Source: Thraustochytrium aureum (Eukaryota). From it: 64,000 nt of DNA. The notes below the pieces were generated by a model. The model made no database searches. It was not told where the DNA came from and saw nothing but the letters and a program-made list of their open reading frames with translations. Location: NCBI GenBank assembly GCA_012862495.1, contig BLSG01000269.1, positions 10,381 through 74,380 of the forward strand. Reading direction: 5' to 3'. The position numbers and the translations under genes are program-made. Position 1 is the first letter of the stretch; every line of letters begins with the position of its first letter. Below are positions 31,743 through 44,578 of this stretch, piece by piece.

Positions 31743-32198
31743 GACGCCTCGCGCCGTTCTCTCCGCGCGTTCTTCCCATACGTTCTTGCCGCCCCCAACC
31801 GTACTTGCTTGAGTACACATCAGCATGCATTGTCTCCCACCGGACNNNNNNNNNNNNNNNNNNNNNNNNNNNNNNNNNNNNNNNNNNNNNNNNNNNNNNN
31901 NNNNNNNNNNNNNNNNNNNNNNNNNNNNNNNNNNNNNNNNNNNNNNNNNNNNNNNNNNNNNNNNNNNNNNNNNNNNNNNNNNNNNNNNNNNNNNNNNNNN
32001 NNNNNNNNNNNNNNNNNNNNNNNNNNNNNNNNNNNNNNNNNNNNNNNNNNNNNNNNNNNNNNNNNNNNNNNNNNNNNNNNNNNNNNNNNNNNNNNNNNNN
32101 NNNNNNNNNCTCTGCGCGCTCCATTCCCATACGTTCTTGCGCCCCAACCGTACTTTCTCGAGTACTCATCGGCATTCATTGTCTCCCACCGGACGCCG
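31743..32198. repeat. ~85-100-bp direct repeat flanking a gap (probable tandem array)
   Basis: TTCCCATACGTTCTTGC..CCCCAACCGTACTT...GAGTAC.CATC.GCAT.CATTGTCTCCCACCGGAC on both sides of gap 31846-32109. Confidence 0.8.
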
Positions 32199-32333
32199 CG
32201 TAGGATGAGCGCGATTGGCCTGCGGGAGAAAGCGGAGGGAAAACGTCTATGCGGCGGTATGGAGCAGAGTACCGGTGGACACTGGCCCAGCAGCAGCTGC
32301 ATGGAGTGAATGTGAAGGACGAGGAGGACAGCA

Positions 32334-32367
<34 letters not shown>

Positions 32368-32587
32368 AGCGCGTGGACGAGCAGGTAGGGGAGGCGCAGG
32401 CGAGTGGGCAGGCAGCGGCTGGCGGCTGGTGGCTTGACGCGCGGTGGCGCTCACGGCCGCGGGGGGGGCTTGTTTCTGGTCGGTGCGGTGGTGCTGTGGT
32501 GGGTGCGTTTGGTGCGGTCTTGGTGGACGCACGCGGTTGGACGCCAAGCGAGGGCCAGAGCTCGGCGTGGCGCCAGAGGGAGACGGC

Positions 32588-33322
32588 ATGGAAAGGGAAA
32601 TGGTGCCAGAGTCGCTGGTGAGGTTTGAAGAGCCGCTCGCGCTCGGGGCGAGTAATAATGATGAGGAGCAAAAGGAGGCCAACGCGGTGCCGAGCAAAAC
32701 CACCTCGGGGAATGCGCAGACGGATGAGATTCTCAACGCTATCTTGCCACCGCGGACGTTTCAAGCTGGGGATGGGCTCGGCAACGCGGCGCCGTCAAAG
32801 TTCTTGCAGTACACGTCCAAGGAGCCGGCGACGCGGCTCGACGTGATCAAGGTGCAGGAGGAGCTTGACCGCAAGCTGGCCGAGCGCCAGGCGCGGGACA
32901 GCGGCATATGCCCAGTGCGCGAAGATCTCTACCGGCAGTGCTTTGACGAGCTCATTCGCCAGGTCACGCTCAACCAACCTGAGCGGGGGCTGCTTCTCCT
33001 CCGGACGCGCGACGAGTCGCGCATGACGATGGATGCCTACAAGACCCTTTATGACTCGAGTATTGTCTTCGGAATCCGCAAGCAGCTCCAAGCCGAGGCA
33101 GGCATGAGCTCAATGGAGGTAGAGATCGCGCAGCTCGAGAGCGAGTGCAAGAGCAAGGAAAACGAGGTGCTCGAGCTGAGAAACAAAGTCGAGCTCATGG
33201 AGAAACGCGAGGCGGAGACAAAGGCCCTGGCCGAGAAGAAGCGCAAAGAAGAGATTGCGTTCCTCAAGTACCAAGGCCAAAACCTCGACAAGTTCCTCAA
33301 AAGCGTCAGCGGGTCTACTTGA
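32588..33322 (+). CDS. DNALI1: axonemal inner-arm dynein light intermediate chain p28
   Basis: EILNAILPPR, PATRLDVI, RQARDSGICPVREDLYRQCFDELIRQVT, ERGLLLLR. Confidence 0.95.
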   Translation: MEREMVPESLVRFEEPLALGASNNDEEQKEANAVPSKTTSGNAQTDEILNAILPPRTFQAGDGLGNAAPSKFLQYTSKEPATRLDVIKVQEELDRKLAERQARDSGICPVREDLYRQCFDELIRQVTLNQPERGLLLLRTRDESRMTMDAYKTLYDSSIVFGIRKQLQAEAGMSSMEVEIAQLESECKSKENEVLELRNKVELMEKREAETKALAEKKRKEEIAFLKYQGQNLDKFLKSVSGST

Positions 33323-33681
33323 TGCCTTCGCGCGTGCTGCCGCCCGCTGGTCTTCGTAGGATAACTTGCAAATGGTCAACTGTATGCTCTCGTTTCTGCC
33401 CGCCGGGCCTCTGTCGGGCCGAAATGCGCGCAACCCGTTTTTTTCGCGGCGTTCGTTTTTTAATTTCTCCCTCTACCTCTGGCGCTAGAGAGACCTCTTG
33501 GCTCAGTCTACCGGTGGTGAGCGCTACTAGCTAGCTCTAGAGAAGCACCTCTCACTGAAGGACCGCCGCTCCAATGGTCCAAACGAAGCGACAAACGCAC
33601 GCTCGGGCCTCTTGCTTCAGCTCACGTGAGTGTGGTCCGAATCCTGGACGTCGTTGGCTGCATTTCTCGCGCTCGCCTTCA

Positions 33682-36600
33682 TCAGCAGCTTGCCCCGCCT
33701 GCACCATCGCCGGAGGTCAGAGCGGCCCACTTGCTTAAACGCTCCGCAAGCCACTTTTCGCGGCTCTCGCGAGTGCTCTGTCGGCGAGACTCAAACAATG
33801 CTGCCTTCGCTCGCGGATGGCACTCCAGCAGAGTCTCGCCCAGCCGCGTCGGGTTTATCACGTTCTTGCTTGCCTGTTCGTGCCGAGACCGCACTTTCGC
33901 TGCGATCATTCCGGCGTGCGAGAACGAGATCCCTGCGAGAATGGAATTGGCCATAAACCCCGACATGGCTGCATTGGGCGCGGCGCCCTCGCCCTCGCCC
34001 GCGCTTGTCGGTGAGCTTGCCGGGCCCCGGCCGGGCGAGGCAGCCCTTGCGGCACCGACCGCAGCTAGCGACTTTGCGGATTTGGTGAAGCCCCGCCTTT
34101 TGGTGAAGCCCCGCCTTTTCCGCCTTTTGGCGAGGACGGCAACAGGAACGCCGAGACCTTGTTCCCAGGCCTTGGCGCCGCGGTTGGGACAAGGTGCGTC
34201 AGGTCAGCACACGTATCACACCGTTGCTTGGCTGTTGAAGCGGAAAGCACCCTGCGAACGCTTCGATTTCTCTGCGCTTGCGCATGTGCTGCGACGGCCG
34301 GGACTCCGACCAGGTCTATTTCTGCTGCAGCAAGCCCGCACGCGCGCGCGATAGAGGGGAAAAAGCTGCTTGCATAGCATCCGATCTCGTAGCTTCGCAA
34401 CACGTTTTTACTTGCACTGGCGATGAGGACGATGGTGTCCCCCCGCTGGAGCACTTGAACGTTGGAGCCTTTCCAGTCGCTTTCTTGGCTGTGCCTGAGC
34501 CGGCCGACGAGCGCTGTCGCGTCCAGGTCGTAAACGCGGATCTCTGTTTCCGCCTCGCGCCCGTTTGCGCGCTCACGCTCTGCAATGGCGACCCAGAGAG
34601 GCGTCCCAGGCACGCGCTGAAGCGAGCTGATCGAACCGGTAAAATTGTCCTTGGCGCGCTCGAGATCTGCTTGCGCGAGCTCGTGTTCAAGCAACTCGGT
34701 GACAAATATTGCACCAGAGAGGATGATGCGCTGCTCTTCGTCGAGCTCGCGGTCCCTGGCAGCGGAGACTTGTTCGCCGCTTTCAAAGCTCCGCGGCAGA
34801 ATGGCGGCCGACGCTGGCGCGTCCGAGGCGAGCTGGAAAACGCGTAGCTTGCCGTCTGCGCACCCGCAAACGAGCTGCACGGCTCCTGAATCGGCCTCCT
34901 TATCGCCCTCGCCCTTTAGTGCGACTGGAACAAAGGCCACGCTTGTCGTAGCGCAGCGGTGCTGACGCGCTACTGCGCGCACAACTCCTGCGTACACGTT
35001 CCAGACTACAATGCAGCCATCGCCCAGTCCAAACGCGGCGAACTCGAGGCCTTGGGCTGTTGTGTGCCCAGCGTGGCACCGGATTGGGGCCGGCATCCAA
35101 AGCGGCCGACTCGACCCACAAACGAGGTCCAGCACCTCTATGTTGTGGCTGCCTGCTCGGTATACGAACAAGAGGTGGTTTTGCCTTGCCCAAGCAGCGC
35201 TCCACAGACCGGGGGAGGAGGTGCCCGCTTCGACAGATGACGCCGCCGCAACTTGCTCCNNNNNNNNNNNNNNNNNNNNNNNNNNNNNNNNNNNNNNNNN
35301 NNNNNNNNNNNNNNNNNNNNNNNNNNNNNNNNNNNNNNNNNNNNNNNNNNNNNNNNNNNNNNNNNNNNNNNNNNNNNNNNNNNNNNNNNNNNNNNNNNNN
35401 NNNNNNNNNNNNNNNNNNNNNNNNNNNNNNNNNNNNNNNNNNNNNNNNNNNNNNNNNNNNNNNNNNNNNNNNNNNNNNNNNNNNNNNNNNNNNNNNNNNN
35501 NNNTGCGGCGCGTTGTGTTCGTTCCCAGACGACGCTATCCCTGGCAAGTCGAGCGTGACAACGTCTTCGACCTGGATAGCACAGGCGATTGCGCGGACCC
35601 ACGGGGCATAGCTTGGCCCTGTCTCGCTTTGAGGATCTTCGCCGTTGGCTGCGCTTGTGGCATCTGTTCCAATCGCGCAAAACACCACCGATTTGCCCTC
35701 TGGGCGGAGTTGAACCAACCCGCCTACGACAAGTTCAAGAAGGCCGCCCTCGACCTCGTACTCGGCACCAACGGCGCGAAAGCACTGCCCTCCACTGCGC
35801 GCCGAAGAGTACTCGAGAACGCGGAGTTTGCTCTTAGAAACGCCGTCCCGCCACAGCGATGGTTTGCTGTCGCTATCGTGCTCGGGTTCCGCTGAGCCGC
35901 TCTCGGCGTCCTCGCTCACGTTTGGCCGTTCTTGCTCATCTTTGCGCTCGCGCGCAAGGTCCTGCTGGCTTCCCGCATACGCTGAGCTCGCCACAACGAC
36001 ATAACAGCACGAACCCGAAGCAGGCGAGCAGGCGAGGTGCGTCACGGGCTCGCCATGCTCAAAGGCTTGGAACCCGTTCGCGGCCACGTCAAGCAGCGTG
36101 CTACTCGTCACATGAGCGACCCACCCGTTCCCCGAGCCAACGAATAGACCTGTCGCGTCGTCGCCGCTGCAGGCAGCGCTCAGGTCGGGGACCTCGCACG
36201 GAAAGTATGCGCTGCATGCGCGGGCTTTCTGCTTTTTTTCCTTCAGGAAGGCGAGCTCCTGCTTTTGTTTCTCAAGGCGCGCTTGCTCCTGGTTCATCGC
36301 AAACCGTTCGCGCCGCTTTTCTTCGCTCGTCCCTGGCTTGACAGAGAAGAGACCGTTCGTCGTGTCATCCTCGTCCTCGAGCTGTGCGCCGACTGTGGGA
36401 TTGCGCTGCTTGATTTCTTCCCACGCTCGCTCCAGAACGTGCTCTTCGAGGAGCTTGACCAGCATTCGGTAGGGCTGCGGCAGCCGATCCTTTCTCAGCG
36501 CAGGGTCTGCGTAGTCTTTGGGCGGCAAGACTTCCAAGAAGCGATAAAACGCTCCGAAGTTTACGACCTGCTTGTAGTCCCCAAACGCTGCAGTCTGCGC

Positions 36601-36949
36601 GCAACACCAGTTAGCGGTTTCGCTGGCATCGGCGCCGGCCCCGAGCTCTTTCGGCAGCCACAGGCAACTTACATTAGATCGCGGTCCTTGTCGGCGAGTT
36701 CAAGGCCGGCCTGTGCCAGGACCTCGAAAAAGGCGTCGGCTGGCAAGAGGCCCGGCCGGCTCAGAGCTTGCACGGCGCCGCTCTCGCGCACCGCAGCCTC
36801 CTTTGCCTCCAGCCGCTCAAGCAGGCCGTCGCCCTTTCGAGCTTCGAAGACAACCACCCTGATGCGTTTTTGAGCCGGCCGAGCTGCATGCGATCTCGGT
36901 AGGACGCCGACGAGCTTTGCGCGCCCTCTACGAGCGCCTCCGTCGCCAT
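33682..36949 (-). CDS. WDR93: WD40-repeat ciliary protein WDR93-like; one intron, a gap and several frameshifts
   Basis: DRLPQPYRMLVKLL...AWEEI resembles the WDR93 N-terminus; WD-like FGLGDGCIVVWN and CGCADGKLRVF. Upstream exon from ATG 36949 joined by an intron; C-terminus in the 33682..33966 frame. Confidence 0.7.
36588..36672 (-). other. spliceosomal intron in WDR93-like gene
   Basis: GTAAGT donor at 36672, GCTAAC branch point, CAG acceptor at 36588 (in frame) or 36595. Confidence 0.7.
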
Positions 36950-38133
36950 TTCCCCCTGCCGCTGAGCCCCTGCCTTTCCAGTGTCTTGATGCTGCGACAG
37001 CCCTGCCCGCACCGCCGCCTCCACGTTTGTTGGCGCGAAAGAAAAATGGAATACCCGCGACGCTCCGGCTGTTGCCTTGTCGACCCTCTGGGCGCAGGAG
37101 CTTTAGTCCAAAGTTGGCTTGGTACAAGTGGTCCACGCGGTGCTGTCCCTTGTCCGGGCGTTTCCAGAGCCGCCCTCTGCGGCTGTAGTTGCTGCAGGCG
37201 CGACGCGTAGTGTTTCGCCGTTGCCTTGGCGCTGCCCGTCTTGGAGCTGGAGGTGCTGGTATGCTGGTAAGAATCCCACAAGCTCCAGTACAACCAAAGC
37301 GCTCTAGTCTAGCCCACTCGTCCTCGTGCGCCTGGCGTTGCTGCTCTCGATCGCGCTCTGCTTGCACGAGCCCAGCTCGATCACATCGGCGAGCAGTCAG
37401 TCACCAAACCCCAGCTCAACGGCCAGCGCACAGCTCTCTATTCCTTAACACCACCCCAGCTTCGCACGCTCCAGGTCCAGCTTTCACGAAACGCTTTTTC
37501 CCCCACCTTGAACAGCCACGTAAACCCCACCCCAGCGGCTTCAACCTCTGCGACCCAATTCGGGGAACCACGTTCAAATATAACCCAGCCCAGCCTCTTC
37601 ACCTTGTCGCAATAGATTAGGGGAACTCCTTCTCCGGAACGCATTACACAACCTTAGTTCCTTTTCGTTTGTTCGTTTGTTCCTTTTCGTTTTTTCCCTG
37701 CGTCGAAAGCACTGATGAAAAAGCTGCAGCAGCAGCAGCAGCAGGACGAGGGCAGAGCCGCAAGGCGCAGCGCGTTCGGCCGGCCGGGAGCGCGAGGCGC
37801 TGAGGCAGACGCCAAGGCAGAGCGGCCGGGTACTTAGGCGCCTGATCCTTCGGCCACGCGCTTGGTCCTTCGGGTCGCCGCGCGTTGGTCCAAGTGTCGG
37901 GGCCAGACCGCGAGGATTCCTTGCACCTTTCACCTCCGAGTGCCCACAGAGGCCTGGCCGTACTCGAGCTGTCGGCGCGGCTTGCGCAGCCAGCTGAGCG
38001 CGGCCTCGGTCTAAGGCCGCGAGACCTGCTCGTGCGGGGGCGTCACGCATGCCAGGGTGGGACGGTGGAGCTGGGCTGAACGAGTGGCCTGCTGGACGGG
38101 CTGGCGTTTGGGNGTCCCGGGAGGCAGGTTCGG

Positions 38134-39543
38134 ATGGCGGATAGCGAAGGCAGGCGGGGCGATCCCAAGCATTGGCGCCAGGCAGTTGACGAGCGGTCGG
38201 GACGAACGTACTTTTACAACAAGAGGACGCGCGAAACGGCGTGGGAGCTCCCAAAAGGAGCGCAAGTTGTCGCCCCATCCCCGACAAAGCCTTCACGTGC
38301 ACCAGCCGACGCAGAGCCCCGCGCTGAGGAAAGAAGCAAAGGTGCCTCGTCCCCACCCCTCCTCGAAATCAAGGAGGCAGTAGATCCCCGCACCGGCAAG
38401 ACCTACTACTACGACCGAAAGACGCGGCAAACGTTCTGGCACGACCCGCGCCTGTCATTCCTCGATCGGCGGACGAGGACAACGGATGGACGCAGCGCTC
38501 AAGACCCTCAACAAGACTCTCCGCGAGCAGAGGTTGCCCGCGACGTACGCGCGACTCCGTATGTCGGCCTCTTTGCGGAGGACAGCAATCCTGGGGATTT
38601 TGCCAACTCAGGGGATGCGAACGAAGACTCGACAAAAGAGTTTGGGACTGGGGAGTCAAGTTTGACGACGCGAGACTCTACTGCGACGAAGAGTAGCGCT
38701 CTCGATGGCTCAAACCAAGCCGATGCAAGTCTCGCGAGCGCCGGTTGTGCAAGCGATGCAGACAGTTCTGGCTCCTTCGACCGGCATGACATCGGCGCCG
38801 GAGACGAAAACCAGCTCGAACAAGATGAAGCAAGATTGCACATGGGCGTGCACGGCGGTTCGCGCGCGGAAGGGACGTCTTACGTTCCGAAAGTGGCAAC
38901 CTCAGGCAGCGAGCGCGTTCAGACAGGGCAAGTCGTTGGTCGGCTTGCTGGTGCATCAAGCAATGCTCCGTCTGCGGCTCATGCATTAGCTGAGCCGAAA
39001 GAACGCGGCGCGTCCCGGGCCAGCTCGGAGGACTCTGCCACCTTTGACGACACGATCGAAACGCATAGTCCTGCACCGGCCCAGCCAAAGTCCCCCGCCG
39101 AAAACGACGAGCTGTCGGTGCCAATAGGATCTTGTCCGCTCGTCTCTGGTGCTGCTCAAGCGGCGGATGCGCAAGAGCGATCCTCGCGACCGTCCGGCGT
39201 CGGCGCGCCAAGAAAGTGGCCACGAGCGCGTTCGAAACGCGCGACCGACAAGCGCGCAACCTACGGACGGCGTCGTTCGCTGCACGCGGCGGTCTGGTTG
39301 CGAGTGCGCAGCATGCCTCGCTGTCTTTGCCCCGGGCGAGCCCGTCAACGCGGACAAAGGAGACGTGGAGGACAGAGTGGAGTGCGTCTCTTGCGGGCGG
39401 CGCTTCACTCGCACAGCTCTGGCGCAGCACAGTCGGGGTTGCAATGCAGCGCACAGTTCTCGAGGCGACGGGAAAGCAAGTAAAACGTCGACGAGTTGGC
39501 GAAACAAGAGCATGCAGCTACGCAAGGCTCTTGGGGGGGCCCG
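38134..39543 (+). CDS. two WW domains plus C2HC zinc finger (ZC2HC1-like); frameshifted, 3' end in gap
   Basis: WRQAVDERSGRTYFYNKRTRETAWELP; VDPRTGKTYYYDRKTRQTFWHDP; alternate frame VECVSCGRRFTRTALAQHSRGC...SWRNKSMQLRKAL. Confidence 0.8.
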
Positions 39544-40506
39544 NNNNNNNNNNNNNNNNNNNNNNNNNNNNNNNNNNNNNNNNNNNNNNNNNNNNNNNNN
39601 NNNNNNNNNNNNNNNNNNNNNNNNNNNNNNNNNNNNNNNNNNNNNNNNNNNNNNNNNNNNNNNNNNNNNNNNNNNNNNNNNNNNNNNNNNNNNNNNNNNN
39701 NNNNNNNNNNNNNNNNNNNNNNNNNNNNNNNNNNNNNNNNNNNNNNNNNNNNNNNNNNNNNNNNNNNNNNNNNNNNNNNNNNNNNNNNNNNNNNNNNNNN
39801 NNNNNNNNNNNNNNNNNNNNNNNNNNNNNNNNNNNNNNNNNNNNNNNNNNNNNNNNNNNNNNNNNNNNNNNNNNNNNNNNNNNNNNNNNNNNNNNNNNNN
39901 NNNNNNNNNNNNNNNNNNNNNNNNNNNNNNNNNNNNNNNNNNNNNNNNNNNNNNNNNNNNNNNNNNNNNNNNNNNNNNNNNNNNNNNNNNNNNNNNNNNN
40001 NNNNNNNNNNNNNNNNNNNNNNNNNNNNNNNNNNNNNNNNNNNNNNNNNNNNNNNNNNNNNNNNNNNNNNNNNNNNNNNNNNNNNNNNNNNNNNNNNNNN
40101 NNNNNNNNNNNNNNNNNNNNNNNNNNNNNNNNNNNNNNNNNNNNNNNNNNNNNNNNNNNNNNNNNNNNNNNNNNNNNNNNNNNNNNNNNNNNNNNNNNNN
40201 NNNNNNNNNNNNNNNNNNNNNNNNNNNNNNNNNNNNNNNNNNNNNNNNNNNNNNNNNNNNNNNNNNNNNNNNNNNNNNNNNNNNNNNNNNNNNNNNNNNN
40301 NNNNNNNNNNNNNNNNNNNNNNNNNNNNNNNNNNNNNNNNNNNNNNNNNNNNNNNNNNNNNNNNNNNNNNNNNNNNNNNNNNNNNNNNNNNNNNNNNNNN
40401 NNNNNCAGCGCCCGTCGTCCTGTTGTCGCGGCATTTCTCGATCTCTTGATACTTCAAACTTCACTGCGGTCAAAAACTACGAGAGAGAATGTGGAGGAGC
40501 TCGGCT

Positions 40507-40817
40507 GCCTCCTTCGGCAGCCAGCGACGGGACATCCCTACGCGCGACGGAGGCCGCGTGCTGGAGAGCCCCCAGACCAGTCCCATAGGAACCAGACTGA
40601 CAACCAAAAGTTTGAAGATGGCAAAGCGCCTGACGGATAATGGCCTTGCGATGATGGTGACACGAAACGTCCGCGGCAAACTTGTTGACGATAGCGCTCG
40701 GGTCGAAATAGTTGCACCAATCAACCTCTTTACGGAGCAACCGGAGATAACCAACTGAAGCCTGCGTGCCCCAGCCACCGGTGGCCTCGATCGCGAAGGG
40801 GAGGAAGGTCTTGCCGG
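40507..40817 (-). mobile_element. degenerate non-LTR retrotransposon 3' fragment (RLE-type), copy A
   Basis: Translates GKTFLPFAIEATGGWGTQA..YLRLL; nucleotide similarity to 61261-61557. Confidence 0.6.
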
Positions 40818-40917
40818 ATCTTGGGAAAAGAAAGCATTTGACAAGACAATAGGAACAGCGATGGTGTGATTGTGTGTTAGTGTTGTGACCGTGCTCGGCC
40901 CCCAAAGGAGAGAAGCC

Positions 40918-43900
40918 CTAAATGAAGAGCTCGTCACCGAGGACAGCGCCAGAGGTGTCTTCGAGGATCGATGGACGGAGGTCCCACTGGCACAAAAAGT
41001 TGAGGGGCAGGATGACGATATGGCCCTGGATCTTGCGCAGCGCCTTCTCAACGTCAGACGAGTACGGGATCGTCGTGTACCTGTCGACGCTTGCGGCCTT
41101 GAGGTCGGCTGCAGTTTGAATGTCGTTGCGCGGCACGATGTTGAAATGCTTCTCATAAATCCCCGTGTTGTGGGAGGCTGCCGCACGCAGACGGCGAAAG
41201 TTCTCGGCAGTCCACGGCGCTGCTATGGCGCGGCGCAAATCTGGTGAGTCGCCCCAGTGCTCCCGGAAGAGATGCAGTCGCATCGATTTGGCGAAACTCG
41301 CTTCGCGTTGCTCTGTCGCAGGGTGCAGCTTCCAAGCCTGAGAGGGGGAAGCAGGCGGCTCGGACGGCGTATCGCCTGCGTTGCGAATTACCACGGAGAC
41401 CTCGGTGTCGCGGTTTCCAGTGAGACTCCGGTCGTTGATGTTTCCGNNNNNNNNNNNNNNNNNNNNNNNNNNNNNNNNNNNNNNNNNNNNNNNNNNNNNN
41501 NNNNNNNNNNNNNNNNNNNNNNNNNNNNNNNNNNNNNNNNNNNNNNNNNNNNNNNNNNNNNNNNNNNNNNNNNNNNNNNNNNNNNNNNNNNNNNNNNNNN
41601 NNNNNNNNNNNNNNNNNNNNNNNNNNNNNNNNNNNNNNNNNNNNNNNNNNNNNNNNNNNNNNNNNNNNNNNNNNNNNNNNNNNNNNNNNNNNNNNNNNNN
41701 NNNNNNNNNNNNNNNNNNNNNNNNNNNNNNNNNNNNNNNNNNNNNNNNNNNNNNNNNNNNNNNNNNNNNNNNNNNNNNNNNNNNNNNNNNNNNNNNNNNN
41801 NNNNNNNNNNNNNNNNNNNNNNNNNNNNNNNNNNNNNNNNNNNNNNNNNNNNNNNNNNNNNNNNNNNNNNNNNNNNNNNNNNNNNNNNNNNNNNNNNNNN
41901 NNNNNNNNNNNNNNNNNNNNNNNNNNNNNNNNNNNNNNNNNNNNNNNNNNNNNNNNNNNNNNNNNNNNNNNNNNNNNNNNNNNNNNNNNNNNNNNNNNNN
42001 NNNNNNNNNNNNNNNNNNNNNNNNNNNNNNNNNNNNNNNNNNNNNNNNNNNNNNNNNNNNNNNNNNNNNNNNNNNNNNNNNNNNNNNNNNNNNNNNNNNN
42101 NNNNNNNNNNNNNNNNNNNNNNNNNNNNNNNNNNNNNNNNNNNNNNNNNNNNNNNNNNNNNNNNNNNNNGTCGTCCGTCCACAGAGTGGCGTCCGACTCC
42201 TCCCCGGCCTCCAGATCCCCAGAGTCGTCGACCTGGTCGGCATGATCTGGGCCGGCTTGCGCCGCGTCGGGGCTGCCTGTTGCTGCGGTGCGGTCGCGTT
42301 GGCTTTTTGCGCAATCGTTGAGGATCCAGTCTCGTCTTCGCCGTTTTCCGGCTGCCTTCTCATCGCTCTCGCTACTGCCAGTGGACGCCAGCTTGTTAAG
42401 GGCCACGGCGTCGGGCGACGCGGCACCTGCCCTTGAGGGGCCGTCAGAGTCGTCGGCTTGGGGTAAATTCTCCACGAGTTCGAAGGGATGGCCGTTCCCG
42501 TCCTCGTCAGCCTCAGACTCGGGGCCCGGGACAAGATAGTCAAAGCACAGCTTGTCCATCGGGATCAAGGCAGGCACCTTGCGCTCCATCGACATCGAAA
42601 ACCGCGCAAAGTTCCACTGGTGAATAAAGTGGCGCGCAATGTCGCGGCCGATCGCCCCCCGCCACTCGCAGTGAGCATCGTGCCACGGCATCCGCGGGCA
42701 GTCAGCCGGGTGCTGGTTTCGATCAAAGTCGGCCACGTTCTCAAAGTCTTTGACTCGTACGTTGGAGAAGTCGATCCCGGGCCAGATCCGCGAAGCGTCG
42801 TGCATGTGCGGATCGTAGAGACCGTGCTTGTGGTTGTCAAACTGGCCACCAGGCGCGCGACAAGGGTCAGGTGACTGCCTCCTCAGTGCCATGTGCGAGG
42901 CAAACAACAAGCCGCCAGGTTCATCGATTCCTCTCTCACAAACTTACACGGCCCCAGCTCAAGTCGATGCCACCGCAAAACGCGTGGCACTGGTCAATCA
43001 CGACGAGCTTTTCGTGGTGCGACCAGAACCAGGTCGAGTTCACCTTCAGGTGGTGCTCCGGGTGGCGGAGCACGTGGACTTCGCCGAACTTGGCAAGGGA
43101 TTCAATTTGGCGCTCCTGAAACTGGCTGTCCAACGGTAGCGCCACTGTGACGTTGTTGTACATAAGCACGCATATTTGCACGCCTGCCTTGGCCTTTCTC
43201 TCGATCGCGCCAAGGATCGTCGTGGAGCGGTCGCCAGCCCGAGAAGGTCGCAAAAGGGGAGGTCGGCGGACACCCACCACCCCTGGATGAAAATCTGCGA
43301 CTCGGCAGCCTCGATCGCCTCGTACACGGCGGCAAAGTAGGTCTCGCCATCGACGTGCCACTGGGCCCGGCACACCTCGCTGTCTACCTTGTTCGTGTGG
43401 AAGCGGCGCGGCGCGAACGAGCCATTCTCGTGGTTGGCCGACCACCCGCCAGGGACTTGGAGGGTGGCCTCGGCATTCGAGGACTGAAAGGCGGCCACGA
43501 GGGCGCTTGACCAGATCTTCTTGACCCATCTGTGGGGAAATTTGAGCCGAACAGTCTTGGCGTCCTCGACGAGAGTAATCGTTCGGTGCGATCCTGTACT
43601 CCCATAGCCCTTGAAAATCTCGAAAAAGTGCGAGAAGCAGACCACCACCTCCGCGCGGCGCACGTCAGCTTTGCCAGGACGGTTTTCGAAGAAGGCGACG
43701 AACGAGCTCTTGACAACGGCCCACATGCGGCGGTTCTTCCGGTATTGTGGCTGGCACGTGTTCGAGCAGCGCCCTGGGTCTGGGGCGCAGGCGCAAACGC
43801 AGCACCCGAACGAGCACTTGCCCTTCCACTGAAGCTTTTCGTTGTCAGAGATTCGGTGCTGGACGGTGACCTTGAGCCAGCCTTCCTTGAACGACTTGCC

Positions 43901-44578
43901 AAACCGCGCGTCGAAGGTGAGGTTGCTGATGCACAAAAACTCCTTGACGGTGTCACTATTGCGGACTTTCTCGTCGGAAAGCAAGGTATTGAAGAGCGAC
44001 TGCACGATGCTCCTGCGCTGCTCCTTGACCTTGCGAACGCGCGCAGCAGACCCGACGGCGGGCACGAACAGCAGCTTTGTGATGCCAAAGAGGATGTTTT
44101 TCTTCTTGGCGTCTTCAGAACGGGAGGTGTGGCGGCGCGGCGGTGGCGTGCGCTCTGAGAGTTGCCGGAACAACTGCATTCGCCGCGCGGACCCGTTGCT
44201 GTGACCCGATCCCATGCGGAAGCGCGTCGACTCGCCGCGGTTGAGCTGGGCGGCGAGGTTCAGGTTGCTTGCGCGCTTGCTGAGCTTGTTGCCCAGCCCG
44301 ACAGTGCCGAGAGCCTTGCTGAGTTGCACCTGCGAGATTAGCGTGGAGAGGTTGGCCCTGGTCACGAAGATGCTCCACGCGCCAAGCCCGCCAAAGTCAA
44401 CGCTGACCTTGTAAACGACCTCATCCATTCCGATAGCCCGCATTCGCCTCTCAGCAACCTCCTCGTTGGCTTCTTCCACTTGGACATCTGGCTCGGGTAT
44501 CCAAGTGTTGAGTTCTTCGAGCGCATGATCCAGGTCAGCGTCGTTGCCAAGGTCTGTGAAATCCAGCCTCTCGGACAT
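40918..44578 (-). CDS. PLD: phospholipase D of PLD1/2 (PX-PH) type; intron, frameshift near 43258, gap
   Basis: WHVDGETYF, IFIQGWWVS, WSHHEKLVVIDQ (HKD1), FCGGIDL, WPGIDFSN, PRMPWHD, NINDRSLTGNRDTE. HKD2 falls in the gap. Confidence 0.95.
42842..42947 (-). other. spliceosomal intron in PLD
   Basis: GTAAGT...CAG; splicing restores the conserved LSWGR|FDNHKH. Confidence 0.85.
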
